From: Eledone cirrhosa
Taxonomy: Eukaryota
Direction of reading: 5' to 3'
Assembly: GCA_964016885.1 (NCBI GenBank)
Contig: OZ024742.1
Location: 253,766,001-253,830,000 of the forward strand
Length of the DNA stretch: 64,000 bases
Under the pieces are notes generated by a model, which was given only the letters and a program-made list of their open reading frames with translations, was not told the DNA's origin and made no database searches. Both the position numbers and the translations under genes were made by a program. This document shows, piece by piece, positions 38,821 to 50,729 of the stretch (within the stretch, counting starts at the first letter, position 1; each line of letters starts with the position of its first letter).

Positions 38821-41550
38821 CATCATCACATCAACATCATCACTGTTTTACGTCCGTTCTTCCATGCTAGCATGGGTTAGACGGGTTGTCCTGTTGTGGG
38901 CAGTGTCTGGTCGGCTGACCATGCCTTGCTCATTCAGGAACTGATTTTGGCTTGATTTCTACAGCTGGATGCCCTTCCTAACACCAACCTCATTTACAGT
39001 GAGTGTTTGGTGCTTTTCCGTGGCGCCTACACGTCCACTTTACAGTGTGGGCTGGGGGATTTTTTGCCGTAGCACCTCCACGACCACCTTGCAGTGGGAG
39101 GGTGTGGGGGCATATTGTCTATATGCTTCAGCTTGTACCCATGAAAGGTTGGGTACTCTGTATTACTGCGTGACACCAGAGGTCATGGTCGTGTGTCATC
39201 GCCTTTGAGAGGTGTAATTGGGTAAGGTCGGCTTTTATAACCTCATCCCAGGTCTTCTTGGGTCTCCCCACTCCGTGGTTTCCATTGACTTCTAGTGCCC
39301 TGCACCTTTTTATGCAGCTGTCATCCTTCATACGCATCACATGTCCATACCAACACAACCGCCTCTCCTGCACACAGCATTTGATTCCTCTCATGCTTAG
39401 TCTCTCTCTCAATTCATTTATGCTCTGTCGTTCGCGTATATTACTATTACACATCCATTGGAGCATGCAGGCTTCGTTTCTTTCTAATCTACGTAAGTCT
39501 TCCACCTTCAGCGCCCAGGTCTCACTACCATGTAACATTGCTGTTCGGATACACGCATCATACAGTCTGCCTTTCATTTTGAGGGAGAAGCCTATTGCAG
39601 CTAGCAGTGACAGTAGTCCCCTGAACTTCTTACATCCCGTTCTTACCCTAGTTATTGTACTTTCTGAACACCCACCTCCGCTGCTAATTCGGTCACCTAG
39701 GTAGCAGAAGCTGTCTACTGTTTCTACAGAACCCTCCCAGAGATTTGTGGTACTTGTTTCCTGTGGCTGTTTGCTGCTTGCTGTTTCAGCCCAGCTGCTG
39801 CATGTGAAGCCTACATTCTTAATTAAGCTTCCTGAGATCCTGCTACATCTCTTGTGTACCCATTGTTTGCATTTGGGGCAGAGAATGGAGTTCCTACCTA
39901 CACCTTTCCTACATACTGAGCAAGGCCATTTCCCTGAGGGTATCTGGGTTCTGTTTTCTCGTCTACTTACAAGGACCTTAGTCTTTGTCATGTTGACTTT
40001 GAGACCCTTTCTTTCTAGTCCATGCTTCCAAGTTTGGAATTTCTTCTCTAGTTCTACCATAGATTCAGCTATAAGTGCGAGATCATCAGCATACAGGAGT
40101 TCCCATGGGCATCCGGTCTTAAACTCCTCCGTTATTGCCTGCAGGACTATGATGAACAAGAGAGGGCTAAGAACAGAGCCCTGGTGGACACCAACCTGTA
40201 CGCTAAATTCCCCACTATACTCATTGCTAATCCTAACTTTGCTGACTGCTCCCCTATACATGGCTTGTACAGCTTTCACAAGCCATTCATCTACTCCTAG
40301 TTTTCTAAGAGCCCACCAGATTACAGCACGTGGAACTCTGTCAAAGGCTTTCTCGAGGTCGACGAATGCCAGGTAGAGTGGCTTACTTTTAGCTTGGTAC
40401 TTTTCCTGTAACTGCCTCACAAGGAAGAGGGCATCAGTGGTGCCTCTTCCTGGTCCAAACCCAAATTGCATCTCATCTAGTTTCACTCGGTCCCTAATCA
40501 ACTGTGCTATAACTCTTTCTGTTACTTTCATGACCTGGTCCATCAGCTTTATACCTCTATAGTTTCCTCTATCTAGTGCATCACCCTTACCTTTGTAGCA
40601 GTTGACAATGATGCTACTGCACCAATCTTTTGGTATGACACCGTCTAGTATTACCTGGTTAACAATATGTGTGGTTATAGTGTGACCTACGGACCCAGAT
40701 GCCTTCAGCATCTTGGCGGCTATACCCGATGGACCGGTTGTCTTTGCCATCTTCATATCTTTGATTGCCTTACTTACTATGCTGCTGCTGACTTGTACTG
40801 CTGGCCCCTCTATAGGGTCTACTTGGGGTACGGTCTCTTCTTCCCATGCATTCTCCTCATTTAGTAATCTATCATAATGGCTCTTCGATGCATCTTTCTT
40901 CTCAGCACTTCTCCAATGACATCACAATTCTCACTGACACACTGCCTCACAATCTTGAACACCTCCGGTTTCTGGTCCTCATGTTGCAAAACATGCTTGA
41001 ATTTTCTATCCTCTGCTTCCCTCCTAGCTAAGTATACTTGTCACCTAGCTTCCCTGTTGGTCTCTATGCAATGTACCCTGCTTCCCCCATTCTTCCATTC
41101 TTTCCATGCCTGTCTCTTGGCCTTAACTGCCTCATCTACCTTATTGTTCCACCACCAAGTCACTCTCCTCCTGCTTGTTGTCTTACTCCAGCCACAGACC
41201 TCATCTGTTGCCTCTAGTAAGTTATTTTTTAGGAACTCCCAGTGCTCTTCTACATTGAATGTCTCTATCTGTTCTTCTTTACTGTCGTAGGCGTTGAGTA
41301 AAATATCTTTAAATCTGTTACTGGCTGAGGGGTCTTTCAGCTTCCAGATCTTTCTTCTCCAGGTTGGCCTCTGTTTCCAGGTTCGCCTAGTTCTGACCGT
41401 GAGGTTGCTGACAACTAAGCTATGTTGGGAGGTACATTCCTCACTTTGGTAGGCTTTCGTGTGTTTACGACCATCCATCTGTCACGTCCTCTGATGAGGA
41501 TAAAATCTATCTGACTAGAATGCCCCCCCTGATCTATAGGTGATCAGATA
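38821..41550 (-). mobile_element. 5'-truncated RTE LINE (end of APE, RT, 3'UTR, (GAT)n tail)
   Basis: SQIDFILIR (APE end), TWWWN, full set of RT motifs; stops upstream of 40756. Confidence 0.95.
39128..40756 (-). CDS. RTE reverse transcriptase ORF (542 aa, partial) with an inserted PHD-like finger
   Basis: NYRGIKL, FVDLEKAFDRVP, GVHQGSVLSPLLF, LLYADD, CSVC..CPKC..H..C..CSSW, FCYLG, GRPKKTW. Confidence 0.9.
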   Translation of the reverse strand: MKMAKTTGPSGIAAKMLKASGSVGHTITTHIVNQVILDGVIPKDWCSSIIVNCYKGKGDALDRGNYRGIKLMDQVMKVTERVIAQLIRDRVKLDEMQFGFGPGRGTTDALFLVRQLQEKYQAKSKPLYLAFVDLEKAFDRVPRAVIWWALRKLGVDEWLVKAVQAMYRGAVSKVRISNEYSGEFSVQVGVHQGSVLSPLLFIIVLQAITEEFKTGCPWELLYADDLALIAESMVELEKKFQTWKHGLERKGLKVNMTKTKVLVSRRENRTQIPSGKWPCSVCRKGVGRNSILCPKCKQWVHKRCSRISGSLIKNVGFTCSSWAETASSKQPQETSTTNLWEGSVETVDSFCYLGDRISSGGGCSESTITRVRTGCKKFRGLLSLLAAIGFSLKMKGRLYDACIRTAMLHGSETWALKVEDLRRLERNEACMLQWMCNSNIRERQSINELRERLSMRGIKCCVQERRLCWYGHVMRMKDDSCIKRCRALEVNGNHGVGRPKKTWDEVIKADLTQLHLSKAMTHDHDLWCHAVIQSTQPFMGTS

Positions 41551-41558
41551 CATTACTT

Positions 41559-41608
<50 letters not shown>

Positions 41609-41898
41609 GTAAGTCCATAGAATCATTTGATAAAATATATACAGTATTTCTCCTCCCAATCAGCATAATGAACCACACAAAAAAAATCAATTAAACGAGG
41701 CTATAAGTTTAAAATGTACCTATGAAGAAACAATAGATAAATAAATGATAGCTATTTTATCCGTGATCAACAGCCACAGAAGATTTACTTAGTATTTCTA
41801 ATAGCCCGTAGAAATTGATTAGACATATAGTCAACCATACACAATTAGGTATAAAATCAAAGTTAGAAGAAAAAATGTACATAAACATACCAAAATTA

Positions 41899-41983
41899 TG
41901 TTTCTACCCCAAGAGGTTTCATTCGCTTTTGGGAAATATCCGATCATGGATAAATTCACGAGTTTCGAAATCATCAGGAAACA
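41899..41983 (-). ncRNA. Type I hammerhead ribozyme (family A)
   Basis: TGTTTC-CTGATGA-TTTCG..CGAAT-GAAA-CCTCTTGGGG-TA-GAAACA. Confidence 0.75.
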
Positions 41984-42245
41984 AACTCAATTGGACAAAG
42001 ATTTTTCTTAAATGATCCCCGCCAGAAACGAATTCAAAATGGCTAAGAATTGTCACACGGCCAGTGGTCAAGTCAGAGTAACACTTTAGGCAGTATTCAG
42101 CTGCGCTTTCTAGCAACCAGCCTACTCGCCGTCAGGCACCAATCACAAGCTTTGTGACTTGACCACTGGCTATGTGACAATTCTTAGCCATTTTGAATTC
42201 GTTTCTGGCGGGATCATTTAAGAAAAATCTTTGTCCAATTGAGTT

Positions 42246-42330
42246 TGTTTCCTGATGATTTCGAAACTCGTGAATTTATTCATGATCGGATATTTCCCAA
42301 AAGCGAATGAAACTTCTTGGGGTAGAAACA
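42246..42330 (+). ncRNA. Type I hammerhead ribozyme (family A)
   Basis: TGTTTC-CTGATGA-TTTCG..CGAAT-GAAA-CTTCTTGGGG-TA-GAAACA. Confidence 0.75.
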
Positions 42331-43180
42331 TAATTTTGGTATGTTTATGTACATTTTTTCTTCTAACTTTGATTTTGTACCTAATTGTGTATGTCTAATC
42401 AATTTCTACGGGCTATTAGAAATACTAGGTAAATCTTCTGTGGCTGTTGATCACGGATAAAATAGCTATCATTTATTTATCGATTGTTTCTTCATAGGTA
42501 CATTTTAAACTTATAGCCTCGTTTAATTGATTTTTTTGTGTGGTTCATTATGCTGATTGGGAGGAGAAATACTGTATATATTTTATCAAATGATTCTATG
42601 GACTTACTTTCTTATATATTGCTCTGATTGTTGATTATTTAATTAATTAATTCGTCATTGAGCCACACCGTGAATGGTTGCCAAAAACACATATATATAT
42701 ATATCTATGGATCTGTCTAGTTTATGTATATGTAAACTATATATTTTATATATATATATATTGTATATATATATTATGTTAGGTCGCACTTGAGCACTAC
42801 TGGTAACAGGTTGCTCAATACAACCTGTTACATATGATGACTAAACCAGCACCCCCCCCCCTAGACTTTGCTTCACAAAGTTGGTAATTTTTGGACATCC
42901 ACAGGATGAAAAAGAAAACCTGTCAAAGGGCAGACTGAGAGTCAACAGCTATCCAATAGTAAGTAAATATGTATATATATTTTGCGAGTGTATGTGTTGT
43001 GTGTGTAAAATAATAGATTATTTAATTACATTTTGTTTTTCCATTTTATATACATATATATGAAAAAACAAAATGTAATTAAATAATGTATTGTTTTACA
43101 CACACACACATATACACTCACAAAATAGGATCTAGCTGTTGAAATGGCCAGAGCTCATCCCTCTTTTCATATATATATAT

Positions 43181-43805
43181 AACTAACAACTAGTTACCAC
43201 TGTACATGATTGAATACAATAAATGCAATCTGAGTTTTTCGAATATCAATAACAATATTCGATTCGTTAGCAATTATGCAAACAGCCTCTTTTAAGCCAT
43301 GTCAGTAGAATGAGATGTTGCATAATTGCAAACGAATCCAATATTATTATTAATATTAAAAAAACTCAGATTAGATTTATTGTATTCAGCGATGTAGAAC
43401 GATAACTATTTGTTAGTTATTTGAATATGGCAAAGCCGGCCATTAATCGTTTGTATACATGAAACTGACTGGCCTATCTGTTGATATGCAAATGTGGCTG
43501 ATCAGTGGATCTGCTTATACGATCAGCCAGTCTGCTAATATGCAAATCAGTCTGATCAGTCACTGTATATTTTAGAAAATATGATATAATTTCATTAGCT
43601 TTGACAGTTGGGAGATGAACAGTAAACTGCACTGATGAAGGGTAATCATCCAGAAATATTAGTGTCTGCAGTTCTGTTTACATGCCAACACAAGAGCAAG
43701 AATGAGGGGCTCATTCTACTGACATGGCTTAAAAGAGGCTATTTGCATAATTGCAAACGAATCAAATATTATTATTAATATTCGAAAAACTCAGATTACA
43801 TTTAT
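43181..43805 (+). mobile_element. HHR element family C (425-nt unit, ~63-bp terminal redundancy, 5' inverted partial copy)
   Basis: 43318-43380 matches 43743-43805; the inverted arm 43181-43313 reads across the unit junction. Confidence 0.8.
43625..43673 (+). ncRNA. Type I hammerhead ribozyme (family C)
   Basis: AACTGCA-CTGATGA-AGGGT(AATC)ATCCA-GAAA-TATTAGTG-TC-TGCAGTT. Confidence 0.8.
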
Positions 43806-44917
43806 ATATATATGTGGTTGATGAAGTTGAGTGGTCGTGCAGGTGTCATGGCAAAAAAGCACCCACCACTCACTGTAAAATGAGGTTGGTGTTAGGAAGG
43901 GCATCCAGCTGTAGAAATCAAGCCAGAATCAGTTCCCGTCCCACCCTTGCAAGCAGGGAAAAAGCGGACGTAAAATGAAATGATGATGATGATGATGATG
44001 ATGATATATATATATATATATATATGTAATTTTTCCTTCTATAACCCTACACAACTAAATAAAGCAAGCCTAAACTAGCCCAAAACACACCACACGAAAT
44101 ACAATTACCCATTTATATAGTGTTTAGCCTAGGGACACAATGTGCAGCAGAGGATGAAAGTCATGGCCTTATGGCTGACCTTGTGACCTGCACACACAAA
44201 CCACTAAGCCACACATCATCTTTGCCATAGTAGAGTATTATATATTTTCATAGAAGACATAGTAGAGCATTTTATACTGCTATATAATGACTATATAATG
44301 ACAAATTCAACATTGTTTCACTACATTCATTCAAATTCTGCTGATTTTTAAACTTAATGTTTCAACTTAGCAGTTGATGAACTTTTAACGTCAAGAAGAT
44401 GAAAAAAAAAGACATTCTTGAAAAGTACAAAACAGCAACAAACTCTATTGTAAGGGAATAACTCAAATTGTTACATAATAACTTTACAATCATACACACA
44501 GAGCATCATTTTTAGCATGATCTACTGTATCAGATTAAGTAGTAAAATCTTACTTTAATTCTACAAACCTGCCTACTAGTAAAGATACTATAAACATTTC
44601 AATTAACAAACCCACTTTTAGACATTTTCTGCTAAATCATTACAGGATTTGAAGAGTTAAAAAAGCTGAAAGTAGTGATGATATTGTTATCAACTTCATC
44701 AAATATCCCACATAAAACCATCTGTCGATTCATGCCAAACTACTAAATTCCTATTCCTATTACATGTATTTCTACATTTGCACAACCCAGGCATTGGTGT
44801 GTTTTTAAGGCGTTTGCTTCACAGTCAAGTGGTTCTGGGTTTAGTCCTTGGCATGACATCTTCAGTAAACTCAGGTTGACCAATATTGTGAGAAACTGCA
44901 TAAATCTGTTGGATATA

Positions 44918-45252
44918 TCATCATTTCATCATTTCATTTTACGTCCGCTTTTTCCCTGCTTGCAAGGGTGGGACGGGAACTGATTCTGGCTTGATTTCTA
45001 CAGCTGGATGCCCTTCCTAACACCAACCTCATTTACAGTGAGTGCTGGGTGCTTTTTTGCCGTGGCACCTACACGACTACTTTGCAGTGGAATGATAGGG
45101 AACCTAGTCCCTATCATCTCATTTCTACAGCTGAGTAAACTGGAGCAATGTGAAATAAAGTGTCTTGCTCAAGGAAACAACACATCAACCGGTCTGAGAA
45201 TTGAACTCACAACCTTTCAATTGCAAGGCCAATGCTCTAACCACTAAGCCAT
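44918..45252 (-). mobile_element. SINE with tRNA head, CORE-like domain and RTE tail
   Basis: Same layout as 14452-14807; a tail-only copy lies at 43820-44005 (+). Confidence 0.85.
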
Positions 45253-47394
45253 AGATAGATATGGATATATAATTAGAGTATGTGTTAGTTTATCACTGAC
45301 ACTTTAATAAACAGGGTAGAGCACAAGTCAACAGGTTCTAATTCACTTTGTGTGTGTGTTGTGTGTGTGTATTTAGAATTAAGGTGTTCACTCTAACATA
45401 GCTGTATAAACTGAAGGCTTTCAAAATGTTTATTCATTAACATAACGCATATTGCTAGATACACTAAATACCCATACTTATATATATATGTGTGTGGGAT
45501 TACCTTTGTGTCTGGGTTTATATCCTGAAACTTAGTAGTTTGACATAGAAGAGATCAATAAAATGAGTAGCTGTCTTGAACAATATGTACGTGGGTTTGA
45601 TATAATCAACTAAAATCGAAGTGGTGCCCCAGCATGGCATCGGGCTAATGACTGAAACCTGTAAAAGTATAAAAGAAAATAATTATTCTTAACTCTTTGA
45701 TGTACTGGTGACTCATCCAGGGAGTATTTTTCTACTCTTATTCACTTAACACTAATGAAAGTGGAATAAAATCCAGCCTGAGTAATCTTTGGACTTGGGT
45801 CAGACGTAAACCTTTTATTACATATAATTTCATGGTCATAGAATCATGTTAATAATTACTTAACCTTGACAGCTGTTGTAGTTAGCAGCCCCTACACTAT
45901 CACTGCTGACTATAGAATTTTCTGATAAGAGCCCATAAGATCAACCTTCTCAATCTGCTAAACATTGAAGGTCACATTTGATAATCTAGCACAAGATAGG
46001 TTATATTTGAGAAAATAATAGATGAGGGAATTTCAGATGAAGGCCTTGTTGAAAAGAGCTCTTCAAAACAGCACCAACAAAAAACAGCAACACAAACAAT
46101 ACCAATAACATCAACAAAACCATCAACAACTAAATCTGATACCTATCAGGGGAATCTATATCAATATCTATAAGATGATGACAGATGAAATGATCGTTGA
46201 ATATAATTCCAATCCATTGAACGTAATATTTTCAGAAAATACCACTCATCTCTCTCAACCTCTATGTAAACAGGAAAATATAGAGTAAAGTACTTTTGTC
46301 TGGGGACACAATAAAACTCTCACCGAAGATACTATCTCACAATCACATCAGATGGTTGTCCAATATTTAATCAATTTCGCTATTTTCTCCCTAGATTTCA
46401 TTAAAGTTACTTTTCTTGATATGAATATTGATTTCCCATCATAGATTTTCATATGATAACTAAAATTTGTGCATTTGTTTTTGGAGGTTTCTCAAACTAT
46501 ACTGTTATTAATATGATTTTCAGAAAAAGACTTGATCTCCTGTAAAGAATCAGTATAACATTGGAATAAAACATGCAAGTATATATATATATATATGTGT
46601 GTGTGCCAAAATGTCTGCACAAAAGAATGGCTATGCAAACAATTATGACAGAACAAATATAACTTCATCTTCACTCATCAGCCGTCAAATTGGAATGGAC
46701 AGTGTGATTTCAACTTGATTACAGATGGTATCAATGGTCCAATCCAGGAAGTCAGAAGATACAGCAAAACTCCCCTACCATCTGGAAGAGATGTATATAA
46801 AACAATACAAAACAAAATGGTAGATGTATGTAAAGTACACAGAGGAACAGATCAGGATGTACCTAAGTGAATAGAATGTTTCTCGTGAGGCAACAGAGTA
46901 AAATAAACTGTAAAATAAGGCAGCAAAATGTAATAAATATTAAACAATGAAAACAGGAAAAGAGCTTTATGACTAAAACAGTACTGCCTATAATGAGTGC
47001 AGGATATATACCCCCTATTGACCATTATACCCCTTCTCCTCCTACTCCACTCCTAACCTCTAACGACCCCTACCCCCACCCACACTACTTCCTTCTCTGA
47101 CCACTTGCCTATCCAGATACACTTAACATTCTCTGACACCCACATTTCTCCATCAGTCCAGTTTACTACTATGATAAATTCGACTAAAGCTAGTGACCTA
47201 TTTTTACACACCCTACAAATATTACTACATCCTTGTAAAGCTTTGCTGAATACACAAGCCAAGATCACTTGGTGCCATGGTCAGGATTTTACATCTCTCT
47301 TTCTCTCTCTCTCGCTCTCTCTTTATATATATATATAAATATGAATTTAAAGGGACAAGGTTATGTGGTTACTAATAACGAATGTAAAGAATAA

Positions 47395-47985
47395 AGGAAT
47401 CACAAACATAAGAATAGATATTTACCCTCTTCAGTTGTCTGCTGTGGGTCTCGGATGTTTCAATGCATTAAGGACAATACATCTATCTGCAGTGCGATAA
47501 TAGCTTAGAAAGTTATTATGGAAAGAAAAGACGAAAAAGAGACGATAGTGAAGATAGAGAGAAAAAAATGGAAGGGAAAGAAAGAACAGAAAAAAAAAGA
47601 AAAAAGACATACCGATAGAGAGGGGGAGACACAGGACAGTGGCACATGTATGTAGAGTAACCAAGAAGAAAGAGAAGGAAATTAAAAAAGGCAGCTAGCT
47701 TTAAGCCTAGAGACCTCTCCCCTTGGTCACTCTACACACATGTGCCACTGTCGTGTGTCTCCTCCTCTCTATCGTTAGGTCTTTTTTCTTTTTTTCCTCC
47801 TCTTTCTTTCTCTCTTTGCTATCGTCTCCTTTTCGTCTTTTCATTCCCTAATAACTTTCTAAGTTATTATCGCACTGTGGATAGCTGTATTGTCTTTAAT
47901 GTGTCAAAATATCTGAGACCCGCAGCAGACAACTGAAGGGGGTAAATATCAATCTCTATGTTTGTGTTTCTTTTATTTTGTCTGT
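47395..47985. repeat. Diverged ~270-bp inverted repeat (PLE-terminus-like) between (TA)n tracts
   Basis: ~47395-47665 is the reverse complement of ~47724-47985; the arms give similar ORFs (47431- and 47742+). Confidence 0.7.
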
Positions 47986-47989
47986 GTGT

Positions 47990-48284
<295 letters not shown>

Positions 48285-48315
48285 ATATATATATATATAT
48301 ATATATATGTATAGA

Positions 48316-48812
48316 TGGTGGCTGCAAACTCTTCTAAGAATATTGCAATTGCTTGTCAGATTACAGGAAATGGTCAACCTTTAGGCTACAGCGAGCCACA
48401 CGAACCTGTAACATATCCTGAACAATCAATGCCTGTTCTTTGACGGTTTTGTAAGTGTTGAAAGGCCTTGCACTCGACCAACCCCACTCCCTGAGCATCA
48501 AAAACGCTATCCAAAAAGGAGAACTGGTCAATATCATTGGATGCTTCAGTGTTTCTCTCTCTTAGAAAGGTGTAGTGACAACAACTGGGGGCATTTCACT
48601 CCCAGGAAAAAAAAAGTACTATTTGGATGGACGTTGGCTCTGCTGAGTTCCTCTGCCCTTCGCCAGATCTTGTATTTCATCCCGCGGGGTGTCCAAATAT
48701 CATCCTCTTCACCAAGCAAGCTTGATGGGGTTGCCAGTTTAGTCGCTGACGACCCGACCATGAGACAGGTTGTACTGGGTTACATGTTATCACTAGCACT
48801 CGAGAGTGACCT
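48316..48812 (-). mobile_element. Non-autonomous RTE-derived element
   Basis: Colinear with 10022-10548; flanked by TA-rich tracts. Confidence 0.65.
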
Positions 48813-49384
48813 GTATGTATATATATATATATATATATATATGTACAATATATACTTGAATATGAGACGATTCCCTATTTTATGTTTGAGAAATAGGAAA
48901 AAGTCCTAACCCTGTTTACAAGCTGAATTAAGTTATCAACAGATTATGTTTAGATGGTGCAGTTTTGAAATTCTAATAAATGGAGAATATATTTATGAAG
49001 CTTTAAACTTTTTATATCTAAAATGTTTTAAGTGCCATTTAGAATATAAGTTTTGTTATTGCATAAGGATTTTTTTGACCAATTTCTTATCGTTTTGAAG
49101 GCTATATTCATTCAAAACATAAAAAAAAAACACTACGTAATACGAATTTCATGTCGAAAGTAAACCTGATGTAATATGCACCTTCAAAGTGAAACCAGTG
49201 TAATGTTAACCTTGTAGCCAAAAATATTTTTGCCCATTTATGTAGAATTTTGAAGTTCATGAAAATTGGTAAAATATTGACCTCGAATATGAGTTGACTA
49301 CCCCATTTTAACATTGATTATTTTGTCACATATTTCTCAGCATATATATGAATATACAAAGTGTGTGTGTATGTGTATATATGC

Positions 49385-49660
49385 CCATTTCTTCTGCAAT
49401 AATCCTAACGATATTTTCCCATAATTGCTTGCACAACTTCTACATTTGGATCATTTGTTGACAGGATTGGCCTTTCAGAATTAGATTTGTCTTCAACATT
49501 GTCTTGGCCCTCTTTGAAAGCTTTATGCCAATAAAAAAACTTATTTCTCGATAGAGTGGCATCTCCATAAGCTTGTTTTAAATAATTAAATATTTTGGCG
49601 GCAGATTTATTGAGTTTCACACAAAACTGTATTGTGTACTGTTTTCCTGCAGTATAAACA
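49385..49660 (-). mobile_element. Mariner N-terminal fragment
   Basis: IQFCVKLNKSAAKIFNYLKQAYGDATLSRNKFFYWHKAFKEGQDNVED..RP. Confidence 0.8.
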
Positions 49661-49674
49661 CCTCTGTGCACAAC

Positions 49675-50221
49675 ATCATCATCACCGTTTTACGTCCGTT
49701 CTTTCATGCTAGCATGGGTTAGACGGGTTGTCCTGTTGTGGGCAGTGTCTGGTCGGCTGACCATGCCTTGCTCATACAGGAACTGATTTTGGCTTGATTT
49801 CTACAGCTGGATGCCCTTCCTAACACCAACCTCATTTACAGTGAGTGCTGGGTGCTTTTTCGTGGCGCCTACACGTCCACTTTACAGTGTGGGCTGGGTG
49901 CTTTTTTGCCGTGGCACCTCCACGACCACCTTGCAGTGGGAGGGTGTGGGGCTTATTGTCTATATGCTTCAGCTTGTACCCATGGGAGGTCGGGTACTCT
50001 GTATTACTGCGTGACGCCAGAGGTCACGGTCGTCTGTCATCGCCTTTGAGAGGTGTAATTGGGTAAGGTCGGCTTTTATCACCTCATCCCAGGTTTTCTT
50101 GGGTCTCCCCACTCCGCGGTTTCCATTGACTTCTAGTACTCTGCACCTTTTTATGCAGCTGTCATCCTTCATACGCATCACATGTCCATACCAACGCAAC
50201 CGCCTCTCCTGCACACAACAT
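49675..50221 (-). mobile_element. RTE LINE short 3' copy
   Basis: Highly similar to 38835-39382. Confidence 0.9.
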
Positions 50222-50729
50222 TTACAGCACAAACAGCAATAACTCACTACTGGTTCAATCGATCATCTTGAAACGTGCACATACAGCCAATACCATAACC
50301 AACATCTAGGTGCTCTATTACTATGTCATATACTGGTTCAATCGATCATGTTGAAACGTGCACATACAGCCAAGCTCATAACCAACATCTAGGTGCTCCA
50401 TTACTATGTCAGATGGAGGAAAATAAGTTCACCTTTATCAATGCTACATAGGCTGCAAGATCTGCAAATCTCAAAGAAGTCTAAAGATATATTTCAAGGT
50501 TCATCAAGAGATATAGGCTATCCAAGTTGCACCAATTTATGTGGAGAGCTTTTCAAAAGTATGTTTAGTCTAAAAAGTCACATAAGATCTCCCAGAACTG
50601 AATATCATATACATTGGAATGGTCAGGCTTTGCATTGAGCAGACAACCTGTATATATGATTATATACATATATATATAGAGAGAGAGAGATAGATAGATA
50701 GATGTGTGTGTGTATATATATATACATAT

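Larger units (their letters stand above)
41604..42750. mobile_element. HHR element family A: inverted pair (minus 41604-42075, plus 42087-42750)
   Basis: Near-identical inverted arms of ~470 bp; the plus copy is a circular permutation of 2577-3324; flanked by (TA)n. Confidence 0.9.

Noticed and set aside
39258-40376. Long plus-strand ORFs (148 and 209 aa)
   Set aside because: Antisense shadows of the RTE RT frame.
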